From NCBI GenBank assembly GCA_027064425.1, contig JAMOPO010000057.1:129352-193351 (forward strand): 64,000 nt of DNA, written 5' to 3'. The notes below the pieces were generated by a model. It was not told the DNA's origin. It did not search any database and saw only the letters and a list, made by a program, of their open reading frames with translations. Shown here in pieces: positions 22,886-31,901 of the stretch (the stretch's first letter is position 1; every line of letters begins with the position of its first letter). The DNA comes from Methanobacteriota archaeon. Lineage in GTDB: Archaea > JAADCQ01 > Methanopyri > Methanopyrales > Methanopyraceae. The position numbers and the translations under genes were made by a program.

Positions 22886-24280
22886 GTGAGAATAGTAATA
22901 CCCACCCTGCTCGGGTTGCTGGTGGCGCTCGGTGGCGCCTCCGCGGGGCTCCAGGAGTGCAAGCAGGCCTACTTGGATGCCGCTAAAATCGAGGAGTACG
23001 GTGGCAAGCTTCGGGAGGCGCTCAACACCATTGGCGGCTTCCAGCCACCGTGCGGGCTGAAGGTGGTTCCGACGGCGTACCCGTACATGGCGCTCAAGGA
23101 TGACAAGAGCGCGATCCAGACGGTGTTCGAGGGGACCGACGTCGCGGAGTCCGGCTCGTGGACGGAGGTGGGACCGGGCGACTTCCGGGCGCTGATCTAC
23201 GGGATCCACGAGCTGAGTGAGAACTGGTTCAAGCGCGTCAGCACCGTGGTCGACCTGGCTCAGGAGCCGGCCAAGTGGGCGCTGAAGGTGCACGAGGAGA
23301 CGCACGCGTGGGAGGGAGCCGTGGAGAAGGTGGGCGAGACGTGGGACGCGTGGGAGCAGCACAAGGGCTCCGATGACCTGAAGACGGCCATCGCATCCCG
23401 GACGCTGGCGGTGCTGGGCCTGGTCGTGTCCGAGAACTGGCGGGCGATCTTCAACGAGGCGAACAAGGCCGCGCACATCGCCGCCAACGTCGGGAAGGTG
23501 GAGATTCCGGCGGGCGTATACGGTAACGACAACCCGATCGAGTTGGACTTCAGCAAGTGCGAGACGCCGGGAGACGTGACCGGCGTGATTAAGGGCCTGA
23601 TCAAGGCGGTCTTCGGCGACGACCAGCTGACGCCGGCGCGGGTGATCGCGCTCATCGACAGGGAGGCGGAGCACTTCGGACTGGGTAGCAACTTCGTCGA
23701 GACGTACCTGGAGGGTGGGCAGTACGAGCCGCACCCGGGCGGGTTCACTAAGGACGAGATGAAGCAGGTGATCGAGCTGTTCAAGCAGGGCAAGGACGTC
23801 TACGGTCAGCCGCTCTCTGAGGACGCGCTGGCGTTCGCGGTGCTGTTCAGCATCGAGAACGTGTGGGCAACGTACGAGGAGTACGTGCACCAGTACGGCC
23901 ACTTCTTCCCGCCCGCGGCCGACGACGCCAAGCTGGCACGCGATAAGATCCAGGAGGCGGTGAGCGACCTGGTGTCCGTACTGGACAAGCTGAACGCGTG
24001 GGCGGACGTAGGCATCACGAAGGTTAAGCTGAAGTCCAACCCGATCGAGTGCGCGCCGGCGGTGAAGGACTGGGCGGTAGGCCAGCTGTTCGGTGCGGTG
24101 GGGCAGCTACAGCAGAAGGTCAGCGAGCTCGAGAGCAAGGTCAGCGAGCTCGAAAAGAAGGGGGCCGGCAAGGGGACCGGCAAGGGCGAGACAGGGAAGG
24201 GTGGTAAGGGCGTGCCGGTGAACCCGCTGGTCGCGCTGGCCGGACTGGTGACGGTCCTGGTCGCGCTCCGGCGGCGCTAA
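22886..24280 (+). CDS. Secreted surface protein with coiled coil, Gly/Lys linker and C-terminal anchor
   Basis: Signal peptide; KVSELESKVSELEK; GKG linker; VPVNP, TM, RRR. Confidence 0.75.
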   Translation: MRIVIPTLLGLLVALGGASAGLQECKQAYLDAAKIEEYGGKLREALNTIGGFQPPCGLKVVPTAYPYMALKDDKSAIQTVFEGTDVAESGSWTEVGPGDFRALIYGIHELSENWFKRVSTVVDLAQEPAKWALKVHEETHAWEGAVEKVGETWDAWEQHKGSDDLKTAIASRTLAVLGLVVSENWRAIFNEANKAAHIAANVGKVEIPAGVYGNDNPIELDFSKCETPGDVTGVIKGLIKAVFGDDQLTPARVIALIDREAEHFGLGSNFVETYLEGGQYEPHPGGFTKDEMKQVIELFKQGKDVYGQPLSEDALAFAVLFSIENVWATYEEYVHQYGHFFPPAADDAKLARDKIQEAVSDLVSVLDKLNAWADVGITKVKLKSNPIECAPAVKDWAVGQLFGAVGQLQQKVSELESKVSELEKKGAGKGTGKGETGKGGKGVPVNPLVALAGLVTVLVALRRR

Positions 24281-24305
24281 CGCTCCTCCTCACTCTTTCC
24301 TTACC
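24281..24305 (+). terminator. Pyrimidine-rich putative terminator
   Basis: CGCTCCTCCTCACTCTTTCCTT right after the stop codon. Confidence 0.35.
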
Positions 24306-24346
24306 CACCTGTCCCGCCCTCCCTAGGTCCTCTCGGGGGTGGTCGA

Positions 24347-25546
24347 TTGAGGTGGTGGCTAATTCTCGTGCTAGGGGCGCTTCTAGCCGCTGCGCCCGCC
24401 CGGGCGGACCTGGCTGACCAGGTGCGGGATCGGTGCGTTAAGGCGACCCAGTGGCTGATCGAGCATCAGCGCCCGGACGGCGGTTGGCTCTACGAGGGCA
24501 CAAACAAGTCCTCGAGCATGGACACCGGCGTGGTCCTGCTGGGACTCTCCGAGTTTTACAACCGAGCGCCGGAGAATCTGAAGCCAAGAATCAAGGAGGC
24601 CGTGGACCGAGGCGTCTCATACGTCTTGAAGTGCTGGGACTCGAACCGGAAGATGTTCTGGGATTACCCGGGGCAGAGTGAGCACGAGGACTGGCTGCCG
24701 ATGTACACGGTGCACGCGCTCATGGGGCTGATCGCGGTCGAGAAGCACTTCCCAGACATCGCCAAGAAGTACAACGTCGACCGGTACGTGACGGAGGCAC
24801 TGGAGAGGCTGATGAGCCTGCAGCGGCCCGACGGGACGTGGGCCAACTTCGGCCCGGGCTCCTGGCAGGACCCGTACCGGTGCACGCCGATCGTGGTCTG
24901 GCTGGCGGAGTGGTCGGGCAAGTACAAGCCCAGCGACCCGCGCGTCAAGAGGGCGTTGGAGTGGATCGAGGGGATCCTGACGAGGTCGCCCCTGGGCGGC
25001 CTGATCTCGCGGGGGGTCAAGATCGACTTCACCGCGTGGGACCTGCTGGCGTTTTACTACTCCGGCGATCGGTACTACCGGAGCTTCGTGCCGAAGCTGC
25101 AGCAGGGACTGTTGGGATTCCAGAGGAAGGATGGTGCGTTCGCCGCGCACACCTCGGTGAATGACACGGTGTACGGCCCGAACGGCACGGCGGCGCCCTG
25201 CCCGCACAAGACGGCCCGGGTGCTCTTCGCCCTAATGAAGACGGGGATGGACCCGTTCGGCGACCGGATCAAGCGGGCCGTGGAGTTCCTGCTGAACACC
25301 AAGAGCCAGGACCCGGACGGGTCGTGGTTCTGGCCCACGATGGATAATCCGAGCAAGCCGCAGGAGGTGGCCTGCCGGGCGTACTCCACGGGCTGGTGCC
25401 TGGCGGCGCTGGCGGCGTGGCTGGAGAAGGCGCAGCGGAGCCAGCAGGGCATCCAGCGAGGGGGTAAGAGACCTAGGGTGCCGGTCAGCCCGGCGATCAC
25501 ACTGGTTGGGCTGATAGCCGCCCTGATTGCGCCCAGGCGGTTCTAG
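24347..25546 (+). CDS. Secreted prenyltransferase/squalene-cyclase (QW)-repeat alpha-alpha toroid protein
   Basis: Repeats QRPDGGW, QRPDGTW, QRKDGAF, QDPDGSW; signal peptide; VPVSP, TM, RRF. Confidence 0.8.
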   Translation: MRWWLILVLGALLAAAPARADLADQVRDRCVKATQWLIEHQRPDGGWLYEGTNKSSSMDTGVVLLGLSEFYNRAPENLKPRIKEAVDRGVSYVLKCWDSNRKMFWDYPGQSEHEDWLPMYTVHALMGLIAVEKHFPDIAKKYNVDRYVTEALERLMSLQRPDGTWANFGPGSWQDPYRCTPIVVWLAEWSGKYKPSDPRVKRALEWIEGILTRSPLGGLISRGVKIDFTAWDLLAFYYSGDRYYRSFVPKLQQGLLGFQRKDGAFAAHTSVNDTVYGPNGTAAPCPHKTARVLFALMKTGMDPFGDRIKRAVEFLLNTKSQDPDGSWFWPTMDNPSKPQEVACRAYSTGWCLAALAAWLEKAQRSQQGIQRGGKRPRVPVSPAITLVGLIAALIAPRRF

Positions 25547-25560
25547 GTGCGGTTCTAGGT
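25537..25560 (+). repeat. 12-bp tandem duplication GCGGTTCTAGGT x2
   Basis: Exact direct repeat spanning the stop codon. Confidence 0.8.
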
Positions 25561-25580
25561 CCCTGCCCGTTCTCCCGCGG

Positions 25581-25603
25581 ATCGTTACGATTTTCAAAAC
25601 ATT
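25581..25603. repeat. 23-bp palindrome, copy 2 (ATCGTTACGA-TTT-TCAAAACATT)
   Basis: Between convergent genes. Confidence 0.8.
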
Positions 25604-25618
25604 CTCCCTGGCTCCGGA

Positions 25619-26656
25619 TCACTCGAGCTCCTCCAGCTTAGCCGGCAGGTACTCCTCGACGACGTAGTCCAGGGAATACTTCGCGAAGGCCTGCTGCTCG
25701 GCCTTCTTACCCAGTCGGGCGAGGAGGTCCAGCTCGCGCTGCCAGAACTCGGTGTCGTAGCGAGGGTCCCGTTTCAGCTCCTCGATGCGCTTGCGGTCGG
25801 CCTCGGTGAGCGGCTCGGTGGGGAGGTCGTACTCCACGATGTCGGTGGCCGTGACGCCGATGAACTTGGCGTCGGGGCAGGCGAGCTCGTGGTTCAGGTG
25901 CGCGGCCTTGGCGCTCCCGCTCCGGATGACCATGTAGATGTGCCAGCCGTACGGATCGCCGTCGGTGAACACGTACACGGGGAGGCCGAGCTCCTCGTTC
26001 AGGCGGCGGAGGAGGCGCCGAGTGGCCCGGGCGGCCTGACCCTTGAGCCCGACGATCAGGGCGTCGAGCTTCTCGTGGGCCCGCTCCTGAACCAGCCTGC
26101 GGTACATTCCCATGGTCTCGACGGCGATGACGCGCTCGGCGCCGCAGTCCAGGAGCTCGACGGCGTCCACGTTGGGCGGGATGTTGTAGCCGCTGATGCC
26201 GGCCTTTTCGGCGTGGATCTTGACCCCGTCCTCCTCCACGAGCAGGTCGCCGTAAACGGCGGCCCCGTCCTCCTCGGGCCAGATGCCGAACTCCTCGCGC
26301 TTGAGCCCGAGCACGGCCTCGAGGTCCTCAACGATGGCGTCGCTCTCGCGCTGGTCCTTGAAGGGCAGCTCCCAGCCCTCACTCGTGTAGTAAAGCTCTC
26401 GGAGGGTGGCGGAGCGGCCGGACTCGACCAGCTTCTTGGCGAAGGCGGCGACGCTCATCATCTGGGCGAGCTTTTTGGAGCCGCGGAGGGTGTGAGGGCG
26501 GCGCTTGTACGTGTCGTCGCCGATCGTGTAAATGCGCCGCTCGGGGTCGTACTCGATGTTGGAGGTCGTGCGTTTGGGCACCTCCAGCGGCTCGTCCTCC
26601 TCGAGGCAGCGGAGGACGCGTCGGGCGAACTCGCGCAGCCGCTCGAGGGCCGTCAT
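25619..26656 (-). CDS. top6A: DNA topoisomerase VI subunit A
   Basis: TLRELYY, AVETMG, KGQAARATR, TDGDPYG, KAEQQA. Confidence 0.95.
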   Translation of the reverse strand: MTALERLREFARRVLRCLEEDEPLEVPKRTTSNIEYDPERRIYTIGDDTYKRRPHTLRGSKKLAQMMSVAAFAKKLVESGRSATLRELYYTSEGWELPFKDQRESDAIVEDLEAVLGLKREEFGIWPEEDGAAVYGDLLVEEDGVKIHAEKAGISGYNIPPNVDAVELLDCGAERVIAVETMGMYRRLVQERAHEKLDALIVGLKGQAARATRRLLRRLNEELGLPVYVFTDGDPYGWHIYMVIRSGSAKAAHLNHELACPDAKFIGVTATDIVEYDLPTEPLTEADRKRIEELKRDPRYDTEFWQRELDLLARLGKKAEQQAFAKYSLDYVVEEYLPAKLEELE

Positions 26657-26698
26657 GGGCCTCCCTCGGCCTTGGGGTGAGCGCTCTAGGCGCTCGGG

Positions 26699-27364
26699 TT
26701 AGATGAACTCGGGCGGCTCGGAGTCCTTCCAGAGGCGCATCTTCTCGCGCTTCATGCGCCGCCGCTCGCTCTCCAGGTACCGGTACACGCGGCCGTGCGG
26801 GGCGCCCGAGGCGAGCATCTCGATCGCCTTGCGCGCGATCTCGAGCTGCCGGGGCTTGCCGATCAGGGCGACGGTTTTACCCCGGATGGAGACGTCGGCG
26901 CCGCTGAGCTCCTCGATGATCTCTCGGGTGCGGCCCTCCCGGCCGATGATGCGCGCACGCTGCCGCTCCAGGGCCTTGGGGTTGCGCCCGACGAGCTCGT
27001 ACAGGTTGATGATCTCGAGGCTGGCATCCTCCTCCCGGAGGAGGCGGAACGCGCGCTCGGGCGAGAAGCCGCGACCGATGGCGAGCACGCACTCCTTGGC
27101 CTTGAGCAGGTCGAGCGGGTCCTTCACGCGCTTGGTCGGTCGGATCTCCACCTCACCGGTCTTGCTATCGATGCGGAGCTTGACGCCGGTCTTGCGCTCG
27201 ATGTACTTCTTCGTCTCACCGTTCTTGCCGATGAGCACGCCGATTCGGTCCTTAGGGATCTTGACGCGCTCCACCTTCTCGTAGAACTCGTCGGCCAGCT
27301 GCGCCTCCCCGGCCTCCTCCTCTCCGGGCTCCCCCGCCGGCTCCTCCTCGGCCACGGCGCTCAC
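26699..27364 (-). CDS. KH-domain pre-rRNA processing protein (Dim2/Pno1-like)
   Basis: RIGVLIGKNG, AIGRGFSPE, RIIGREG, GAPHGRVY. Confidence 0.92.
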   Translation of the reverse strand: MSAVAEEEPAGEPGEEEAGEAQLADEFYEKVERVKIPKDRIGVLIGKNGETKKYIERKTGVKLRIDSKTGEVEIRPTKRVKDPLDLLKAKECVLAIGRGFSPERAFRLLREEDASLEIINLYELVGRNPKALERQRARIIGREGRTREIIEELSGADVSIRGKTVALIGKPRQLEIARKAIEMLASGAPHGRVYRYLESERRRMKREKMRLWKDSEPPEFI

Positions 27365-28149
27365 CCCCTGATCTCCTCCAGGATCTCGTCGATCGGGGGC
27401 GTTTTAACCCCTATTCGGTTGAAGAAGTTGGTGAGGTTGCGGACGTCCCGGAGCAGGAGCTCGTTGGCGATCGGGTGGTCCAGAAGGACGCCCTGGGAGA
27501 AGTCGATGATGCGATAGTCGCCGTCGCCGCCGTACAGGATGTTGTACTCGCTGAGGTCGCCGTGCACGATCTCGGCCTTGCGGTACATGCGCTTGTAGTC
27601 CTCGAGGATGCTCCAGAAGACCTCCTCGGCGGTGTCCTCGTCCTCGGGCGGGTTGTCCTTGATGAGTGGGTAGGGGTTGCCCGCGTCGTCCCCGATGAAC
27701 TCCATGATCAGGACGTTGTTCATGTGGGCGATGGGCTCGGGGCAGCGGACGCCGGCCTCGTACGCGCGGGCGAGGTTCTTGAACTCCTTCTCGGCCCACG
27801 CGTAGACGATCTGGTGGCGCTTGCGCCCGATCTTCTGGAAGCGGGGATCACCCCGAATGTACCGCCACATGCGTCGAAAGTCGCTGGTGGCGACGCGGTA
27901 GATCTTGACCGCGACCAGGTCGTCGTCGCGGACCCCGCGGGCGACGTTCGCCTCCTTCCCGGTCTTGACGAAGCCCATCAGGCCGTCGATGTAGCCGCGG
28001 CGGGAGAGCTCGTAAAGGGTCATCAGGGTGTACTGGTCGAAGACCTCCTCCTCGACCTTGAGGTCCTCCAGCGTCTTCTCCAGCCGCTCGACCTTCTGGG
28101 GCTCGACGTCGACCTTCTCGATGGCGGAGAAGTACTTATCCTCGGCCAA
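27361..28149 (-). CDS. rio1: RIO1-family kinase/ATPase
   Basis: TGKEANV, AVKIY, WAEKEFKNL, VHGDLSEYNIL, IDFSQ. Confidence 0.93.
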   Translation of the reverse strand: MAEDKYFSAIEKVDVEPQKVERLEKTLEDLKVEEEVFDQYTLMTLYELSRRGYIDGLMGFVKTGKEANVARGVRDDDLVAVKIYRVATSDFRRMWRYIRGDPRFQKIGRKRHQIVYAWAEKEFKNLARAYEAGVRCPEPIAHMNNVLIMEFIGDDAGNPYPLIKDNPPEDEDTAEEVFWSILEDYKRMYRKAEIVHGDLSEYNILYGGDGDYRIIDFSQGVLLDHPIANELLLRDVRNLTNFFNRIGVKTPPIDEILEEIRG

Positions 28150-28152
28150 CGT

Positions 28153-28488
28153 TTAGCCTCCCGGGATGATCTCCTCGAGGAGCTTAGTCACCCGCTCGTC
28201 CAGCTTGCCCTTCCGCTTGAGCCAGTCGACCTGAACCTTCGTGTACCGCCAGGTGACGTCCGCCCGGTCGTCCTGGAACTCCCAGGGCTTGACGAGCACC
28301 ACGTCGCCCTCGCGGATCCACACGCGCTTCCTCATCTTGCCCGGGATGCGCGCGATGCGAGTCTTCCCGTCCACGCACTTGACCTGCACGCGGTCGTCTC
28401 CGAGCATCTTCTCCACGACTCCGAAGATCTCGCCCTCCTTGGGGAGCCGGATCTTCTTCAGGGTCTCGTCGTCGATGCGCTTGCCCAT
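28153..28488 (-). CDS. eif1a: Translation initiation factor aIF-1A
   Basis: [23 protein letters not shown]. Confidence 0.95.
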   Translation of the reverse strand: MGKRIDDETLKKIRLPKEGEIFGVVEKMLGDDRVQVKCVDGKTRIARIPGKMRKRVWIREGDVVLVKPWEFQDDRADVTWRYTKVQVDWLKRKGKLDERVTKLLEEIIPGG

Positions 28489-28503
28489 CCCGATCACCCC
28501 CGG

Positions 28504-28734
28504 TTAGTCGCTGCGCACCAGGTTAAGTAGTTCCTCGGAAACCCGGGCGCAGGAGAGCGCCGAGTCGACACCCGAGGCGGCCTTGGCCGGGCTCCTGGCC
28601 CGGAACTCGATCTCCACCCGGTCCTCCCTGACCCGGACCCGGGCGCTGAAGCCCCGGGGGCCACCCTCCCAGACGGGCCCGTCCCGGAGCGGCGCGGGGA
28701 GGTCTCGGAGCACCAGCCTCCCTCGGAGGCGCGT
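28504..28734 (-). CDS. KEOPS subunit Pcc1-like protein (start either ACG 28734 or GTG 28713)
   Basis: VEIEFRARSPAKAASGVDSALSCARVSEE resembles the Pcc1 C-terminal half; size fits. Confidence 0.5.
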   Translation of the reverse strand, partial: TRLRGRLVLRDLPAPLRDGPVWEGGPRGFSARVRVREDRVEIEFRARSPAKAASGVDSALSCARVSEELLNLVRSD

Positions 28735-28749
28735 GGTGGTGGCCCCCCG

Positions 28750-29721
28750 CTAGGAGGGGGCGCCCACGGCCTTGCGCACGGGCTCGAGGATCTCGGCGAG
28801 GTACCGGGCGGCGTTCTCTTTGAGGTCCAGTGGGTGGAGCTCCTCGTTGACGAAGTCGCGCTCGAGCTCCTTGTAGCTGGTGTAGGTCACGTCGCCGCCG
28901 TACTTCTCGGGCCGCTCGATCGTGACCTCGTCGTACTCGCGGAAGATGAAGTAGCGGTAGATCTCGAGGATGGGGTTGCCCTCGGCCTCGCCCGCCGGGC
29001 AGTACGCTTTCATGATCTTCTCGCGGATGGTCTCGGGGTCATCGTTCACGGCGATGTAGTTGTTCTTGCTTGAGGACATCTTCTCCTCGCCGTCGAGCCC
29101 GTGGATGATGGGCGTGTGCAGGCACGTGGGGGCCTCGTAGCCGAGCTTGGGCAGGATGTCCCGGGCGAGCATGTGGATCTTCCGCTGCTCGAGCCCGCCC
29201 ACCGCCAGGTCCACGTCGAGGTGGACGATGTCGAGCGCCTGCATGATGGGGTAGACGACCTGGGAGACGGGTGGGTTCTCCTCGCGCCGGGCGATCATGT
29301 CCATGCTCCGGCGGGCGCGGCGCATGGTCGTGTGCCGGGCCATCCGGTACACGTCGAGGGCGTACTCGTCCTCGAGCTGGAACTCGGAGCCGAGCACGAA
29401 CTCCGTTCGTTTCGGGTCGAGGCCCATGGCGGTGAAGCAGCGCTTGTTGTACTCGGCGAGCTCGCGGATCTCCTCCATCGAGCCCTTTTCGTTCAGGTAC
29501 GCGTGCAGGTCGGCGAGGAGGATGATGACCTTGAACCCGGCCCGCTGGAGGTCCACCATCTTGTCGATCACGAGCTTGTGACCGAGGTGGATGTCGCCGG
29601 AGGGCTCGAATCCGACGTAGGCGACGGGCTCGTCCTTTTCCTCGAGCAGCTGGCGGAGCTCCTCCTCCGTGACGATCTCGACGGTGTTGCGCGTGACGAG
29701 CTCCCAGGTGTCCTCCGCCAT
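28750..29721 (-). CDS. tyrS: Tyrosine--tRNA ligase
   Basis: YVGFEPSG, HLGH, YPIMQALD, GGLEQRKIH, KMSSS. Confidence 0.97.
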   Translation of the reverse strand: MAEDTWELVTRNTVEIVTEEELRQLLEEKDEPVAYVGFEPSGDIHLGHKLVIDKMVDLQRAGFKVIILLADLHAYLNEKGSMEEIRELAEYNKRCFTAMGLDPKRTEFVLGSEFQLEDEYALDVYRMARHTTMRRARRSMDMIARREENPPVSQVVYPIMQALDIVHLDVDLAVGGLEQRKIHMLARDILPKLGYEAPTCLHTPIIHGLDGEEKMSSSKNNYIAVNDDPETIREKIMKAYCPAGEAEGNPILEIYRYFIFREYDEVTIERPEKYGGDVTYTSYKELERDFVNEELHPLDLKENAARYLAEILEPVRKAVGAPS

Positions 29722-29734
29722 CGGGGCTCCCCCG

Positions 29735-30799
29735 CTAGTCCTCGGGTAGGACCACGGCCCCCTCGTCCAGGACGACGACCATGACCCGCTGGCCTATTTC
29801 TAATTCTTTGACAGAGTCGGTCTCGAAGCAGTCGAGCGTCTCGCCCGTCCGCTCCAGCACGACCTGCGCGGGGGAGGTGCTCACCACGATGGCCGGCTCG
29901 GGCTTTAGGAGGCTGGCCTCGGTGAGCTCCTCCCAGTCCAGCTCAACCTTCGACCCGTCCGTTAAGCGTCGGAGGGTGCAGCGCGCGCCCACGCCCGCGA
30001 CCTCGTAGGGCGTCCCCTCGAGCTCGATCACGTCGCCCGGGCGGAAGTGCGGGATCCGGACGGAGATGGACGTGCGGTAGCGGCGCTTGCCCGTGCTCTT
30101 GTCGATGCCGACCAGCTCGTGAGACTCCTGGATGGTCCCCCCGAACTCGTCCACGATGCGTCGAGCCAGCTTCCGGGCGGCGCTGGTCGAGCCGAGGTAG
30201 AAGTCGATCCCCTCGTCCCGGTGCTTCACGTCCGAGACGAAGGCCATCGGGTCGCGCTTGAGCAGGGACTCCGCGGACCTCGTCACGAACTCCTCCAGCT
30301 CCTCCCGCTCGGACTCCGTCAGCTCGCCGCGGAAGGATCGAACCTGCAGGATGGCCTCGTAGAACCCGGACCGGTACTTCATGCACCGGTGGCAGAGGGT
30401 GAACTTGACCGGGACCTTGACCTGGTACTCCCGTCGGAGCCGCTCGCCCTCCACCTCCCACTCGCCCTCGATCAGGAAGGTGACGAGCACGCGGGCCCCG
30501 GGACCGCCCGGCTCGCCCTTGACCTCCAGCGGCCGGACGTCCAGCTCCACGTCCGGGAGGACCTTCAGGTTGTCCTCCAGCACGCGCAGGGCGTAGTCGA
30601 CGAGCAGGGACTCCACATCGCTCGCGTCCTCGGGCGGGTGCTCCCAGCGGAGGCCGGTGTTAAGGCTGAGGCACTGGGCGCAGACCTCGACCTCCAGGTC
30701 CTCCGGCACCTTCACCATCGGGTTCTCCTCGAGGAAGCACTCCGGGCACATCCCCTCGATGAGCGTGTCGACCTCGCGCCCGCACCGGTGACAGATCAG
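29735..30799 (-). CDS. nmd3: NMD3-family ribosome biogenesis protein (probable CTG start)
   Basis: LICHRCG...MCPEC, CAQC, CHRC...GFYEAILQVR. The first CxxC lies upstream of the first ATG. Confidence 0.88.
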   Translation of the reverse strand: MICHRCGREVDTLIEGMCPECFLEENPMVKVPEDLEVEVCAQCLSLNTGLRWEHPPEDASDVESLLVDYALRVLEDNLKVLPDVELDVRPLEVKGEPGGPGARVLVTFLIEGEWEVEGERLRREYQVKVPVKFTLCHRCMKYRSGFYEAILQVRSFRGELTESEREELEEFVTRSAESLLKRDPMAFVSDVKHRDEGIDFYLGSTSAARKLARRIVDEFGGTIQESHELVGIDKSTGKRRYRTSISVRIPHFRPGDVIELEGTPYEVAGVGARCTLRRLTDGSKVELDWEELTEASLLKPEPAIVVSTSPAQVVLERTGETLDCFETDSVKELEIGQRVMVVVLDEGAVVLPED

Positions 30800-30806
30800 C
30801 CGGGAC

Positions 30807-31901
30807 TCACCCCCTGTACGGCCGGTTGTTCGGCACGCCGACCGTGTTCCCCACTCCCACGATGATGACGGTCGAGCCCTCGGGGGCCTCCTCCGCCAGG
30901 CGAAGCGCGCGCTCGGCGGCCTCCTCCACGGCGTCCATCACGGGCTTCGGCATCGGGGTGACGGCCTCGGTCGCGCTCATCTTGATCGCGACCGCGTCGA
31001 GGTCGATGCCCTCGTCCGCGGCGATCTGCTCGATTTTGTAGCTCTCGTGCCCCGGGTCGCCCATCGCGACGCCCACGCCCTCGCTCACCTTTCCGGTCCG
31101 CTCACCCTCCAGTTTTAGGGCGGCGTCGATGGTGATGATCTTGGAAACATCCCCGTACTCCTTCACCAGGCGCTTAACCGTGCGACCCAGCCTGCCCAGG
31201 TTGCCGCCCGGCCCGTCCGCCTTGACGATGACCAGGCGGCGCCCCTTGTACTCCCGCTCGGCCACGACCGTGTCCTTCTCGATCTCGCGCGTCTCGGCGT
31301 CGCCGATCAGCCGGGCGGCGACCATCGGGCCGACGCTGTCACCGATGGGGACGCAGTCCAGGAAGGCCTTCGCGCCCTCGTAGTTGCTCTTGATGTACTG
31401 CTTGAGCTCGGGCAGGATCATCGTCAGCAGGAGCAGCAGCTGGAGATTGTTCGTCTTCTTAGCCGAGAGGAGGAGGTGGCGCAGGTACTGGGTCAGGGAG
31501 TGAATGGTGAACACGCAGGTGAGCGCCATGCTCATGTTGTCCACGTCGACGCCCTCACGCTTCCCAGTCAGCACGCGGGCGTAGGAGCGGAACTTGCTCT
31601 CACTGCGCTCAATGAGGTTCTCCAGTCGCTCGATGATCCCGTGCGGATCGAGCTGAACGGGCTGCACGATGAACAGGTTCGCGGCCCGGCGGACGATGGT
31701 CTCGGCATCCTCCCGCTCGCACCTCGCCCGGGAGACGACCATCCTCCGGACCTTCTCATCGATCTCGGAGATCTCGTCGATCTCGCTCTCGATCCGTCGG
31801 AGGAGGAGCCAGCGGTAGTAAAACTGGGCCAGGAGCCAGAACAGCACCAGGGACAGGACCAGGTACAGCAGGTTCTCCAGGAACGAGGAGTCCGCGGTCA
31901 C
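30807..31901 (-). CDS. DUF1512-family membrane protein
   Basis: N-terminal TM; LDPHGII, PIGDSVGP, IDAALKLEGE, GVGNTVGV. Confidence 0.8.
   Translation of the reverse strand: MTADSSFLENLLYLVLSLVLFWLLAQFYYRWLLLRRIESEIDEISEIDEKVRRMVVSRARCEREDAETIVRRAANLFIVQPVQLDPHGIIERLENLIERSESKFRSYARVLTGKREGVDVDNMSMALTCVFTIHSLTQYLRHLLLSAKKTNNLQLLLLLTMILPELKQYIKSNYEGAKAFLDCVPIGDSVGPMVAARLIGDAETREIEKDTVVAEREYKGRRLVIVKADGPGGNLGRLGRTVKRLVKEYGDVSKIITIDAALKLEGERTGKVSEGVGVAMGDPGHESYKIEQIAADEGIDLDAVAIKMSATEAVTPMPKPVMDAVEEAAERALRLAEEAPEGSTVIIVGVGNTVGVPNNRPYRG

Noticed and set aside
24116-24154. 21-bp-period tandem repeat
   Set aside because: Explained by the coiled-coil heptad duplication KVSELES/KVSELEK in the protein.
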